This document shows, one piece after another, positions 14,301 through 27,608 of a stretch of 64,000 bases of DNA. The stretch covers positions 57,042,001-57,106,000 of the forward strand of contig NW_024704742.1 of the NCBI RefSeq assembly GCF_018977255.1, written 5' to 3'. A program made the position numbers and the translations under genes. The stretch is from Callorhinchus milii. Taxonomy: Eukaryota. The notes beneath the pieces were generated by a model. The model ran no database searches. It worked only from the letters and a program-made list of their open reading frames with translations, and was not told the origin of the DNA. The first letter of the stretch is position 1. Every line of letters starts with the position of its first letter.

Positions 14301-14637
14301 ATCCACCTAATATTTGTCACCTAATTCTTGTGCAATCAGAAAATGTCATGAAACTACATGATGCATTTTCCTCTATCATTATTATATGAATGAGTCAGAA
14401 TGACTATGACTCGATGGATATGCAGAGTCAATTGTGACCATGATCCACATAAATTGATGCAGTAGCAACTTGTTCCACCTGAAAGTAACCTTAGTTTGCA
14501 GTCACTAAGAGTTAAAATATTGGTTGAAATGGATGATTCCACTCCACTTGGTTAGTTGCCCAGAGATCATTTGCCTGGCACCAACACTTTGGTAAGCGAT
14601 CTTCTAGCTAGTCCAATGCTGCTAAACCCCTTAGGGT

Positions 14638-15232
14638 TCATGCCTTCATCACCTCCAGGCTCGACTATGCAAACACCCTGCTTGTCGGCCTTCCCAACTT
14701 CTCCCTCCACAGGCTGCAGATAATCCAGAACTCTGCAGCCCGTGTCCTCTCCCGCACCAAACTCTGTGACCCCATCTCCCCCATTCTGGCCCGACTCCAT
14801 TGGCTCCCTATCCTTCAGAGGATCCAGTTCAAAATCCTGGTCCTCACCTACAAAGCCCTCAATGGTCTCGCCCTACTCTATTTCTGTGATCTCCTAACCC
14901 TCTACCAACCCGCCCGCTCCATCCGCTCAGCCGGCTCTGGCCTGCTCCATGTCCCCTGCCCACCCGCCCCACCATTGGCAGGAGAGCCTTCAGCCACTCT
15001 GCCCCCAACCTCTGGAACTCCATCCCCAAATCACTCCACCTCACCCTCTCCTTAGCCTCCTTCAAGTCCCGCCTCAAAACCCTCCTCTTCGACCATGCCA
15101 TTGGTCATGCTCCGTCCCCTCCCCTTCATGACCCCAGCTCGGGTCTGAAATGCTGTACGCTGTCCAGCGCCTTGGGATGTCCTCCCGACGTAAAGGCACT
15201 ATATAAATGTAATCTTGTTGTTGTTGTTGTTG
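14638..15232 (+). mobile_element. L2 LINE 3' fragment
   Basis: Similar to the 2012-3044 copy; (TTG)n tail; probable TSD TTAGGGT at 14631-14637 and 15233-15239. Confidence 0.9.
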
Positions 15233-16328
15233 TTAGGGTATAGGGCTCGATGCTCTTACTTTTTGTTCTGGGCAGAACCTCACTACTGGAAATATTATTG
15301 TGCAATTGAATCCTCATGTTGGCGGCAAGCATAAACTTGCTCAATTTCTCTATCTTTGATGTGTTATCTGCAAATTTCTCAGATGACAAAACAATTGTAT
15401 TAGAGTCCCTCAGAATTGCTCTAAATATCTGGGAGTGTACAAAATGCTTGTTCTCCAAAGCGATCTTTGATATTATTATCTTTTTTTNGGTACAACTTAC
15501 TTATGAATGGACCAACATGCAAGGGATTTGAAACAAATCTTTCCTTTGGAGTTTCATTAAACAGTAATCTCAACCAGTTCATTCTTTATCCTTAACCTTC
15601 TGCTTCCAATAGCTAATCCTTTTTTCAATCTGTTTTACACATTCTCTCCTGGAGCCGTTGGTCCATTCTGCAGCATGATTCTACAAATATTGGATCTTAC
15701 AACCATCCAACTGACTATTGCGCAAGTGTAAGCAGCCTACGTAACTCGGAACCAACAAATCTTAATAGGATCCTGTCTTCACACTTACAGCAAGCATTAC
15801 GAGTTGCCATTTAGAAGCAGGAAACCTGGCTACTTTTCTCCCTCCCAGCCCACCCAACCACTTAGATAACCATCATGCTCCATCTGATAATCAGCTAAAT
15901 CAACCTAGCCAAAGATCAATCCTGCTGGGATGTACATTTACCCACTGCACAATGGGTGGAATGGAGATGGGGAACAAAACACATATACTTTAGACTTTCT
16001 TTCAAGCCTGGAACATGAAATATTGCAAAACAATTTTCGGAATCCAAGTAGTTATATCCACTGATTTACATTTGCGCACCCACCAGTTTTGTTACCTCTT
16101 CAAAGAATTACAGTTGATTCAAAGAATGTAATCCATTTCTTCTAATCTATGCTTGTCTCTGAAGTCCTTTGACAAACAAACATCAACAAAGTCTAGGGCT
16201 TTCTCCATTTCACGATAAACTGATTTTGGATTCTCATATTTATGTCTCGTTCCTTTAAGGGATAGCATTTATGATAGCATTGAGAAAAAACTGTGACCCT
16301 GCCCAGGAATTAACTAAAACAATTGTAC

Positions 16329-16413
16329 CTTCTTTCAAAGCTTTATCCATGTTGTGCGAAAAGACCACTCTTCGTGTGTGAACAGGTTCGGGTGAATTTC
16401 CTGAAAGACAGCC
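16329..16413 (-). CDS. SNX25: Sorting nexin 25, second coding exon (85 nt; start of PXA domain)
   Basis: Minus strand reads cccattacag|GGC...GAA G|gtacaa and translates to GCLSGNSPEPVHTRRVVFSHNMDKALKE, close to human GNSHESAQSRRVVISHNMDKALKE as recalled. Canonical AG/GT; phase 0 in, phase 1 out. Too short to appear in the ORF track. Confidence 0.95.
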
Positions 16414-17980
16414 CTGTAATGGGATACGCAAACGTTAGGAATTACTATAAATCACTTAAGAAATTCATATCTTTACATGCACTGAATGTCACTTGCCAAT
16501 CGTTCCATGCTCAACACTGAACTCCACTGGCTCCGTTTGGATCAATTCCAAGATATTCAGTCACGAAACTTACAAACCAAGTAAATTTATTGTTTCCAAG
16601 CTCTTAGATGGTAGTGCAATTGATTGGATGTGATAGCCAGATAATTATTTGATAGATTATCCTTGCATTTGTCATAATGTCTTATCAGGTCATTGACAAC
16701 CTTTCAAAGCATTTTACAGGATTTTTATTGCATAGCATATTTACTGCGCATTTGCAGACAAATGCAATGGCCCATTTTCCCACACCAACATCCTGCAAAC
16801 ATTCATGAAGAGAATGACTAATTTAAATGGGGGGGTTGGGGGGTGGATTGTGGCCCGGATGCTGGGAAAAACCCTGTTCTTTTTTTGAATCGTGCCATGG
16901 GAGCTTTAACATCCACCTGAGCAGGCAGACAGGACCTCATCTTAATTTGCCGTCCAAAGGGCAGCACCTCCAACAAACAACCACCTCTAGCACTGCACTA
17001 GAGTGACTCTCTAGACTGTATACAAAATACAAGAATAATTATTATAGGTGATCAGATTATAACCACATTTTGTTCCCAGTTACTAATAACTTCCTTATTG
17101 ACAATTGAATGGCTATCTCCACATTATTTCAAAGAAAATAAGAAGCGCTTTGAGACGTCTCAACGACGTGATAAGGTGCCATATCAACTGCAAGGATTAT
17201 TATTATTATGTCTGAGGTGTTATAAGTCGTCTTACTGAAGTGGATGAACTATTTTCACTTGTTGCTGAGTCCAAAACTAAACACAGTGTAAGATAGCTAA
17301 TGGGAGACCTAATAGGGAGTTTTGGAGTAATGTCTTTACTGGTGAGAATGTGAAACTCACTGCCGGAAGTTGTGCTTGAAACAAATGGCATTGATGTATT
17401 TAACAGTAAACATGATGCATGCATGAGGGAGAAAGGGAATAGAGGACCATAGGAGAGGAGAATAGGAGGGGTGGATACTCATGTGGAATATAAATATTGG
17501 CTGGGCCTACTTGGACTGAATGGCCTGTTTCTACATAAGTGCAGGTTGTAGTATTTCAACATGGTATTGACAGCCTTCTCTTCTGGGAGGCATTTCTGTA
17601 TTCAAGTTTAATGAAAAACAGCCAAGACACCATCACAAGCCTTTTGCTATGAATGGTGAGATCAAAGAAAGCACTGTCAAGGCAACCAGAAAAGTTAGAG
17701 AATTGCAAGCTGCCATCGCACAGTCTAAGCACACACACACACACACACACACACGTACAAGACATCTTTTCAGTAAAAGAAAATCATTTAATCTAATTTT
17801 ACTTTGTTTCCCCATTGCACTACTTGAAAAGAGAAAGGGGTTTTCCTGATTGTCCTGGTCAACAATCCCCCAAATAAAATTAATCATTAACTTTAACAGC
17901 TGGCGTGCGACATTGCTGTGTGCAAAATTGGCTGTGGCATTTTCCTACAAAATACACAGTCACTGTACTTTACAATATAT

Positions 17981-18825
17981 TGTGGAGCCCCGTAGTGTAT
18001 TGGTTAGAGCACTCGCGTCGCAAGCGCGAGGACCTGGATCCGATTCACGACAAGGGCAAAACCTTAGGTAAGTTTCCTTACTCCACATGCCTCTGTTTAC
18101 CTAACAGTAAGTTTCCAGGTGTTAGTGGATTGGCGGATCACTTTCTGGGGGTAATAATTCCTTCAAAAAATAATAATAATAATATGGTCACTCAATGCAC
18201 GACTGTTTATGGGACACTACAGTCAATTCACTTCACAGTATATTCTGTGAAGCGCTTTGAGGTACCTCAACAACAATAATAATCCTTGCATTTGATATAG
18301 CGCTTTTTATGTCTTCTAGACGTCTCAAAGCGCTTCACAAAACATACTGTAAAGTGAATTGACGGTATATTTTTGGGCAAAACGTGGCAGCCAATTGCAT
18401 ACAGCAGTGTCCCACAAACAGTTTATTATTTTTTTCTTGAGGGATTATTATCAGGCATATGGAATAAGGATACTTGCCCATAATAATAATAATAATCCTT
18501 GCATTTGATACAGCGCTTTTCACGTCTTCTAGACGTCTCAAAACGCTTCACAAAATATACTGTAAAGTGAATTGACTGTATATTTTTGGGCAAAACGTGG
18601 CAGCCAATTGCATACAGCAGTGTCCCACAAACAGTCGTGGATTCAAGTGACCAATTTATTATTTTTTTCTTGAGGGATTATTATCAGGCATATGGAATAA
18701 GGATACTTGCCCATGGTTTCGCTCTGCTAAAAATCGAACCCAGGTGAGGCGAGTGCTCTAACCACTAATCTACAGGACTCCATAACATGATAAAGCACTA
18801 TATCAAATGCAAAGATTATTATTAT
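17981..18825. mobile_element. Nested SINE cluster: plus-strand long variant interrupted by two tandem minus-strand copies (18273-18480, 18481-18782)
   Basis: Family head at 17981; tail resumes near 18786; two near-identical minus-strand bodies in between. Confidence 0.88.
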
Positions 18826-19144
18826 ATCTTGTGGAGCACTTTGAGACTTGAAAAGCGCTATACTAAATTTAATTATTATTATTATTGATTGTATTCCCTC
18901 TTGCCAATTTCTCTCCATTCTACAGGGAGATGGAATAGTGTCACAATAATATTGATCAGGAAATGATTGATCAGGCTGATGTCCCCCTCCTCTACTGGCA
19001 GGACTGAGGCCGATTCCCTTGCCAGTTTAGATCAGCTAATTCAGCACAGAAGCTGAGAACTTGTCATTGTTCATGGGATAAGCCACTGAGTCAACAGATC
19101 TTATGTGCAAAAGGAAAAGGAAGCACTAATTGGAGCTTCCTTAG

Positions 19145-20010
19145 TCAGCCCGAGAGCTCAGATTCATGTCCTCTTGTGCCCTGCATATATTAATGACCTG
19201 GATTCGCAGCCCCGGTGTAAAATAGATGTAACCAAACTGGGGGAACTGTGAAATCAGAGGAGGCAGCAAAGATCTTTCAGAGTTTGTACATTGGCTGATA
19301 ACTGTAAAATGAAGTTCGATACAGATAAATGGAGACTTCAACCATAGTAAGTAACAATAGGAAATATACTCCATGGAAGGAATAGAACTTGCCAAGGGGA
19401 AAACCAAATGAAAACCAGGGGGTGGTAATTGACTTATTGCTCTCTATGTTCAAATGTGGTGAGGCAGCAGTGAAACAAAGCAAACAGAATGATGCGCTAT
19501 GGTTGTTAAATCAATTCAGGCTGCAAGATGCTCTGGTCAGGCCGCACCTAGAGCACTGCATAAGGGGGCCTCCCAGGTCCCAAAAGCAGTATAGAGGAGA
19601 GCAACAGGATGATCCCAGTGTTGGAGGAATGAGCAATGATTAGACAAGCTAGGGCTCTTCAGTTTGATAGATGTCTTAGAGGCGACTTTATAGGTGTAGT
19701 TAAATATGATTGAAAACGTAAACCTAGAACTATACCTTTGGATGCACTGAGACAGCAGCACAAAAGGACACAGGTTTAGAGTTGAAAAGAACCATTTCAG
19801 GAGAGATACCACAAAGTTTTTCTTTACTCAGAAACCAATTAATAATGGAACAGGTTGCCGTGAAAGTTGATTGAGACCAGGACACTGGATTCATGTTAAA
19901 ATTAAACAGCTTGATGCTGTGATTGAAGGATGGTAGCGTGAGTATTCCGGAGAGATGAGATCAGGTGGGCCAAAGAGTCTTCTTCATCCAAACTAATATC
20001 TTATGATCTG
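19145..20010 (+). mobile_element. Old CR1 3' remnant
   Basis: [10 protein letters not shown] motif and a decayed CR1 C-terminus. Confidence 0.7.
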
Positions 20011-20726
20011 ATGATTTTCTTTTTAAAAATAGTCCCGAGAGAAAAAGCAGCAATGGGAGATAGCATTTTTCTTCCTGCCACGCTCCCTCAACATTGACTG
20101 CTTTCAGAAATTACAATTAGCACTTCCCACTGTTTTGAGCAAACATTGCAAATTAGACCTCATTATAGAAATTATACTATAATTTCTAATTATAGCAGCA
20201 ATCACAGAAACAAATGACATCCAATCATGGAGTGTAAATTTACAACCAAGACAAAGACAATTACCCAGCAAAGAACACGGTATATTCAAGTCCTCTAATC
20301 TAGCAACGGTTCATGCCACTGAATCTAGTAAAAGCGTTATTGGTTCTGGATCAATGAATAGAAAAGGAATGAAAAGGTCACCCATATGAGAAAAGCAATT
20401 TTGGGCATATGATTGACGACTCAAAGGTTAGCCTAAGGAGTTTTACCCAGTCCTAAGATTCCCCAAACCGATAAATAAAACAGCTAAAAGTACAACTTTT
20501 GGGAGGCTTCTGGCCTACTTTTTATGTCAATGCTTACTCCAGTTCTAATCACAAGAGTTCTGAGAAGAAAATAATGCTCCAGTCATCTAGAAAAAAAAGA
20601 CATGTTTCTGGGAATTAAAATGATTCAAGGTTATTAGGTAATGGGATGGATGCGTTGAAGGAACGTTTTGGTTTGTTGGATGGGTAGACTAGAATGACCA
20701 ACAGTCCTCAACTATTACTACGCACA

Positions 20727-21068
20727 TAATAATAATAATCCTTGCATTTGATAAGAGCCTCATCATGTCTTTGAGGTGTCTCAAGGGCTTCACAAAATAT
20801 ATATTTTGTGCAAAACACGGCAGCCGATTGCACAGAGCATTGTCCCACAAAGAGTCGTGAATTAAGTGACCACATTTTTTAAAACGTTCTTTAAAGGGAT
20901 TATTACCCCTAGAAAAGCAATTCGCCAATCGACTAACAACTGGGTTCCTACTTACTGTAGTTAAACAGACGTGTGGAGTAAGGAAACTTGCCCAACGTCT
21001 CATCTTGCTGGGAATGGAAGCCAGGTCTCTAATTTGCAAGATAAGTGCTCTAATCACTGAGGTACAGG
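20727..21068 (-). mobile_element. tRNA-Ala SINE, long variant
   Basis: Similarity to the family. Confidence 0.87.
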
Positions 21069-21811
21069 TACTAGATATCGTCAAAAATGCAACCAACCCC
21101 CATCCCCCACCACCCCCTCCCCCACCCCACACACACAACACACACACACACACAACTGTCCCCCCACTGGAAATGTTTTGAGAAACATCAAACCGTTTAC
21201 TTGCTACAGCATCAGAACTGAAAATAAAATCAGAAAAAACAGGGGAGTGACTGAGTCCTTAGATTAACCTTGAGAAGTACATCAGCTTCGTCAGCAGGAT
21301 ACAGACAATAATTTCAGAGTAATGGATGCCAAAATGTCCGATTATGTGGTCATTTAGTGCTGCTCCTAGGAGTATAAAAGTATTGCTATATTTTTGCCAA
21401 TTTTGCCAATAGTATTACAAGATTAATAATTTGCAGTTAATTCATGTTGTAATATTCCATTGAATAACAATGCAGCAAGATCTGGTGTACATACTGTAGT
21501 AACAATTGAAGTATGCTTAGACCAGTGGATCCCTCACCCAGACATCATCCAACTTCCCAAAAGATTTATTTAATGTTTCCATCTCAAAATATAATAACCC
21601 TAACCTTGTTGTTTCGTTTTTTGAATCCTTTATTGGATATGACGCTCCCCACCTCCACCCCCACCCATTCTGGGGCTACGTAAAAAGTACTGAACAGAAA
21701 TCGAAGATCATTATTCAGTTGCAACACTTATGCAACATTCTTCTGAGTGCAAAAGTGATCCTGCACCTTTCCTGTAGTTGGCATTTAAGAGTAGGTTATT
21801 TGGCCTGACAA

Positions 21812-22352
21812 GCCTCCACAGGCTGCAGATAATCGAGAACTCTGGAGCCCATGTCCTCTCCCGCACCAAACTCCGTGACCCCATCTCCCCCATTCTCACC
21901 CGACTCCACTGGCTCCCTGTCCTCCAGAGGATCCAGTTCAAGATCCTGGTCCTCACCTACAAAGCCCTCCATGGCCTTGCCCTACGCTACCTCTGCGAGC
22001 TTCTAACCCCCTACCAACCTGCCCGCTCCCTCCACTCAGCCGGCTCCGGCCTGTTACACATCCCCCGACCCACCCGCCCCACCAGTGGTGGGAGAGCCTT
22101 CAGCCACTCTGTCCCCAACCTCTGGAATTCCATCCCCCAATCACTCGGCCTCTCCCCCTCCTTAGCCTCCTTCAAGTCCCGCCTCAAAACCCTCCTCTTC
22201 GACCATGCCATTGGTCACCCCCCTTCCCCTCACCTCCCCTCCGTTCTCCCTCCCTGACCCCAGTTCGGGCCTGAAATGCTGTACACTGTCCAGCGCCTTG
22301 GGATGTCCTCCCAACATGAAAGGCGCAATACAAATGTAATCTTGTTGTTGTT
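21812..22352 (+). mobile_element. L2 LINE 3' fragment
   Basis: LHRLQIIENSGAHVLSRTK...[22 protein letters not shown], same 3' tail and (TTG)n. Confidence 0.9.
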
Positions 22353-22466
22353 CCAACATTACAGACTGTTTAATCTCATTACCCCCCATCTCTTCTACAT
22401 CCCCTAATACTTACTTCCTAAGTATCACTCTTTTGATAAGCATGCAGATGGATTCTGCATCTACAA

Positions 22467-22791
22467 TTATAATAATCCTTGTATTTGATATAGCGCCTTA
22501 TCACGTTTTCGAGACTTCTCAAAGGGCTTCACAGAATATATGTAAAGTGAATTGATTGTATTTTTTGTGGGTGAAACACGGCAGCCAATTGCGCAGAGCA
22601 GTGTCCCACAAACAGATGTGGATTGAGTGACCAATTTTTTTTTTTTGAAGGAATTATTACCTCCGGAAAAGCAATCCACCAATCGACTAACAACCGGTTC
22701 CTACTTGCTATTAGGTAAATAGAGGCATGTGGAATAAGAAAAGTTGCCCAACATTTCGCCCTATCAGGAATTAAACCCAGGTATCTCGCTT
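22467..22791 (-). mobile_element. tRNA-Ala SINE, long variant, head truncated
   Basis: Similarity to the family. Confidence 0.87.
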
Positions 22792-24050
22792 CTGGTGCAA
22801 TGCATTCCAGTCTCACAAACCCAGCACAAAGAAAGTCTTCTGATTTTACTTCTAACCAGCTCAGTTCCAATTTTAAAACTACATAGGCTTGCTTTACATC
22901 TCTCTTTGTGAGGGCAGAGGTGGCAATTCTCTTCACTATTTTAAACATCTCAATCAGATCATTCATTAACCTCCTAATCTCTATGGATTAATGAATTTAC
23001 ACAGCTTTCTCATCATAGTTAAACTCCTCTAACCTAGGATATGAATCATCACAGATGCCTCCAAAAAGAATATATCCTTCCGAAAGTGGAATGCTCAAAA
23101 CTCAACACAATACTTCAAATTATGTCTGGGTGGCTCTCTGACTGGCAAATGCCCACATTAAATGGTTATTAGCAACTGTAAACATTAATACTGTGTTGAT
23201 AATGCAGTATTGCTTAAGGCCACCAAGACACAACCCTGCGTAAAGGGCACTATATAAATGCAAGTTCTTCTGATTGTTGCTTGAAGAAGCACTTCTGGAA
23301 TACTTGTGTTTATCAAGTCTCCTTTTAAAAAAATGTCATTATTGACTGGGCCTCAGTTGTCACTTGCAGTTAAGTCGAACTTTGTCATTATTTGTGATCA
23401 CCAGATCTTCCTCAATGACTGTGGGAAATAAACACTGACCAGCAAAACCACGGTCGAGTTATCCAGAGTTTACTGTCATATTTTGCATAATGTATAACAA
23501 CAGACACAAGTGGGTAGAAATTCTACCTTGGGCTCAGGTAGAATTTAGCGAACAGAATTTTGCAAATTGCTGAATTCAGTCTTAAATTTAAGTCAGTTTC
23601 CTTAAAAGAACTCAAAGGAATCCAATATCAAAAGTAATACTAATCAGCAATATGTCAAATGCTGGATGCTCTAAAATTCTAGATTTAATAGAGTAAATTT
23701 AGACCTGGGTGGACTTCCTCTCCGAAGATGTTTAAAGATTTTTTACTACTGCTACTGCAATTTAAAGCACCCTTAATTTCTCAAAAGAATACGTTTTTTA
23801 AAAAAAAACAAATAAGAGCAAATTCCTGATGCAGCTTATTCTACTCTCCTCCAAAAACAATAACATATTGATAGATTTCAATGAAACTGCACCATATACT
23901 CCATGAGAGATGTAGGGAACAACTGCATTCTCCTCACTATGCCCAAAATAACAAAATAACAGAGTTAAGATAAAAACGACTTTGCCTCCAATCCAACTTT
24001 TTTTAAAAAATAAAAAGTTCCATCAAATTGTTTGAGGCAGAATCATATTT

Positions 24051-24423
24051 GTGGAGTCCTGTAGCTCAATGGTTAGAGCACTCGCTTCGCAAGCGAAAAA
24101 CCTGGGTTTGATTCCAGGCAGGGTGAAATGTTGGCAAGTTTCCACACGCCTCTGTTTACCTAGCAGTAAGTTGGAATCTGGTTGTTAGTCGATTCGCGGA
24201 TCGCTTTTCCAAGTAATAATTCTCTTAAAAATAATAATAATAATAAATTGGTCATTTCAATCCACGACTGTTTGTGGGACACTGTTGTGCGCAATTGGCT
24301 GCCGCGTTTCACCCATAAAAATATAGTCAATTCACTTTACAGTATATTCTATGAAGCGTTTTGAGACGTCTCGAAGACGTGATAAGGGATTTTTTCAAAT
24401 ACAAGGATTATTATTATTATTAT
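24051..24423 (+). mobile_element. tRNA-Ala SINE, long variant, full length
   Basis: A/B boxes, body, tail and (ATT)n. Confidence 0.9.
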
Positions 24424-24734
24424 GATACAGTACGATAAAGCTCACACAAGTCTTACAGGAACAGGAGTAGGCCATTCAGCCCCTCAATCCTGTTCTGCCA
24501 TTCTATTATATCACTGCTGATCTGTACCTCAACTCCATATACCTGCCTTTGCCCCATGTCCCTTGATAACCAATTTATATTTATAAATTGTATAAACATT
24601 TATGTCGTACATTCACCCGAGTCCCATTCAGTTTCCTATCAAAACCAATTACATTTATTTGCAATAGTGGAATTAATCATCTCCTAATTCGAAATGCCGG
24701 TCCGCTATTCTCCATTACTCCCAACTTTCCAGCT

Positions 24735-27608
24735 GCATTAACCAAGTCCCTCACAATCCATGACCTCACCGTCGAGGAAAATATTGACACCCTCGGCCTC
24801 ACCGAAACCTGGGTCACCCCAGGCGACACCTTCCCACTAGTTGAGGCCACCTCCAGGTTACACCCTTCACCAAATCCCATGGCCTAATCGCTGTGGCGGT
24901 GGTGTGGCTCTCATCTCCCGGTCCCCCCTCGGCCTTTCCCCTTACTCCTCCAGAACCTTCCCTTCCTTTGAACACCTTATCCTCTACCACCCCTCCAGGT
25001 TTTCCCTCAAAATCCTCCTTGTTTACCATCCCCCCAAGCCTTCCTTCACCTTCCTCTTGGACATCTCCACCCCCCTATCTTCCCGCTCCCTCTGCTTTGA
25101 ACACCTCCTTATCTTATGCAACTTCAATCTCTACTTCACCCCGTCTTGCTTTACCTCTGCCAACTTCTCCTCCCTCCTCTCTTCCCTTAACCTCTCCCTC
25201 CTCATCTACTCCCCCACCCACGACCGTGGCCACCCCTTTGACCTGGTGATCACCCGGGGCCTCACCTTCTCGGACATCACCATCATCGATAAAGCCATCT
25301 CGGACCACCACTTCATCTCCTTCAACACCTCAGTACCCCTTCCCCTTTCCCAACCCTCCCACATCACATACCGTCCATGGAAAAAAATTTCCTCCCTCTC
25401 CCGCTCCACTGCCCTGGAGTCATCTGCACTCCTACAACTCTGGCCCTCCCTGACCGACCTCCTCTCCTCACTCTCTTTTCTCCACAACTCCCTCTCCTCC
25501 ATTCTGGACTCCCTTGACCCCCTCACTTCCCGAACTGCCTCATACTCCTAAATCCCCCGGTACACCAGCCATCTCCATTCCCTCAAAGCACAAGTGCGAG
25601 CTGCCGAACGCGCCTGGACCAAATCCAAACTATGGTCCATCGGCAGATTTGGCTTCACCATACCAAGACCTACCACTGCGCTTTTGCCTCTGTCAAATCC
25701 TCCTTCTACTCCAAGGTTATCTTGGAGGCAAAGGACAACCCAGGCTTCTCTTTTCCACCACAAACCGTCTACCTTCCCATACCTCGCCAATCCTCTCCTC
25801 AAACTCCAACTGTGAGGAGATGCTGGACTTCCTCGAATCTAAAATCGAGGGGATATGTTCAGCCACCTCAGCCCCATCCACAGCCACCCCCACATCACCT
25901 CTCCCTCATGACCCACCTCCCACCCATCCCCCCCTATACTCCTTCTACCCTATCTCTCCCTCCTCCCTCACCATGACTGTCCGCAAACTCAAACCCATCA
26001 CCTGCTCCCTCAATCCCATCCCCACCTCTCTCCTCATCTCCCAACTCTACCTTCTGGCCCCTCTCCTGTCCGACGTCATCAACCTCTCCTTGTCCACCAG
26101 TTCAGTTCCCATCCCCCTAAAAACAGCCGTCATCACCCCCATCCTGAAAAAACCTTCCCTGGACTCATCCCTCCTCTCCAGCTACTGCCCCATCTCTAAC
26201 CTCCCATTCCTCTCCAAGGTCCTGGAATGAGTCGTTACGTCCCAGCTCCGCTCCTTTCTTTCTCGCCATTCCCTCTTTGAACCCCTCCAATCCGGCTTCC
26301 GGCTGCCCACAGCACGGAAACAGCCCTGGTCAAAGTCACTAATGACATTATGAACATCTGTGATCAGAGCTCCCTCTGCCTCCTTGTCCTCCTCGATCTC
26401 TCTGCCGCCTTCGACACTGTCGACCACTCACTTCATCTTCATACACCGCCTCTCCTCTTTACTTAATCTTCACGGACCTGCACTTGCCTGGTTCGATTCC
26501 AATCTATCTCACCGTCTCCACTTTGTTGCCTCTAACGGTTTCTCCTCCAGCCCCTGTACTGTCACATCTGGCGTCCCCCAGGGCTTTGACCTTGGCCCTC
26601 TCTTCTTTAATATCTGTATGCTCCCCCTTGGTGACATCATCCGCAGACATGGGGTCAATTTCCATATGTATGCGGATGACACCAAACTCTACTTTTCTGC
26701 CTCCACTCTCAACCCCAGGACCACTGCTGTCCTGACAGACTGCCTGTCGGACATCAAGTCCTGGATGAGGGCATAGTTCCTACAGTTGAATGTGAACAAG
26801 ACACATTCTTGTGTCTCCAGTTTGGTTCACGCCAGCGCCTCAGCACCTCAGGCTCTGGCAGCATCAACCTCCATGGTTTCTCACTACAACTTACCAAGCC
26901 AGTCAGGAACTGAGGTGTCTTGTTCGACTCTCAACTGTCTTTTCTTCTCCACATCCAAGCCATGACCGGCTCTGCCTTCCCTCACCTCCACAACATCGCC
27001 CGACTTCGCCACTACCTCACCCCTCAGGCCACTGAAACTCTTGTTCATCACCTCCAGGCTCGACTATGCAAACACTCTGCTTGTCGGCCTTCCCAACTCC
27101 TCCCTCCCCAGGCTGCAGATAATCCAGAACTCTGCAGTCCGTGTCCTCTCCCGCACCAAACTCCATGACCCCATCTCCCCCACTCTCGCCCGACTCCATT
27201 GGCTCCCTATCCAGAGGATCCAGTTCAAGATCCTGGTCCTCACCTACAAAGCCCTCCATGGCCTCATTCCATGCTACCTCTGCGACCTCCTAAACCCCTA
27301 CCAACCTGCCAGTTCCCTCTGCTCAGGCCTGCTACACGTCCCCGACCCACCCGCCCCACCTTCAGAGAGCCTTCAGCCACTCTGCCCCCAACTTCTGGAA
27401 TTCCATCCCCCAGTCACTCCGCCTCGCCCCCTCCTTAGCCTCCTTCAATTCCCGCCTCAAGACCCTCCTCTTCGACCATGCCATTGGCCACCGCCCTTCC
27501 TCTCCCCTCCCTTCTCCCCCCCGACCCCAGCTCGGGTCTGAAATGCTGTACACTGTCCAGTGCCTTGGGACGTCCTCCCGACGTGAAAGGCACTATTCAA
27601 GTGTGTTG
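24735..27608 (+). mobile_element. L2 LINE with nearly complete but disrupted ORF2 (APE endonuclease + RT)
   Basis: APE motifs LGLTETW, THDRGHPFDL and SDHH; RT motifs PISNLPFLSKVLE, GVPQG and YADDT; several frameshifts/stops; L2 3' tail. Confidence 0.93.

Noticed and set aside
14631..14637. TTAGGG at the L2 insertion site as telomere-repeat targeting
   Set aside because: Single hexamer; other L2 copies have unrelated flanks.
15488..15488. Ambiguous base n (also at 42421)
   Set aside because: Assembly ambiguity next to homopolymers; not biological.
1..16328. SNX25 exon 3 (VFDYSYRDYILSWY...); candidates read near 700-800, 1200-1400, 8495-8695 and 11290-11530
   Set aside because: None gave an SNX25-like translation. 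The exon probably lies left of the window, though a miss by eye is possible.
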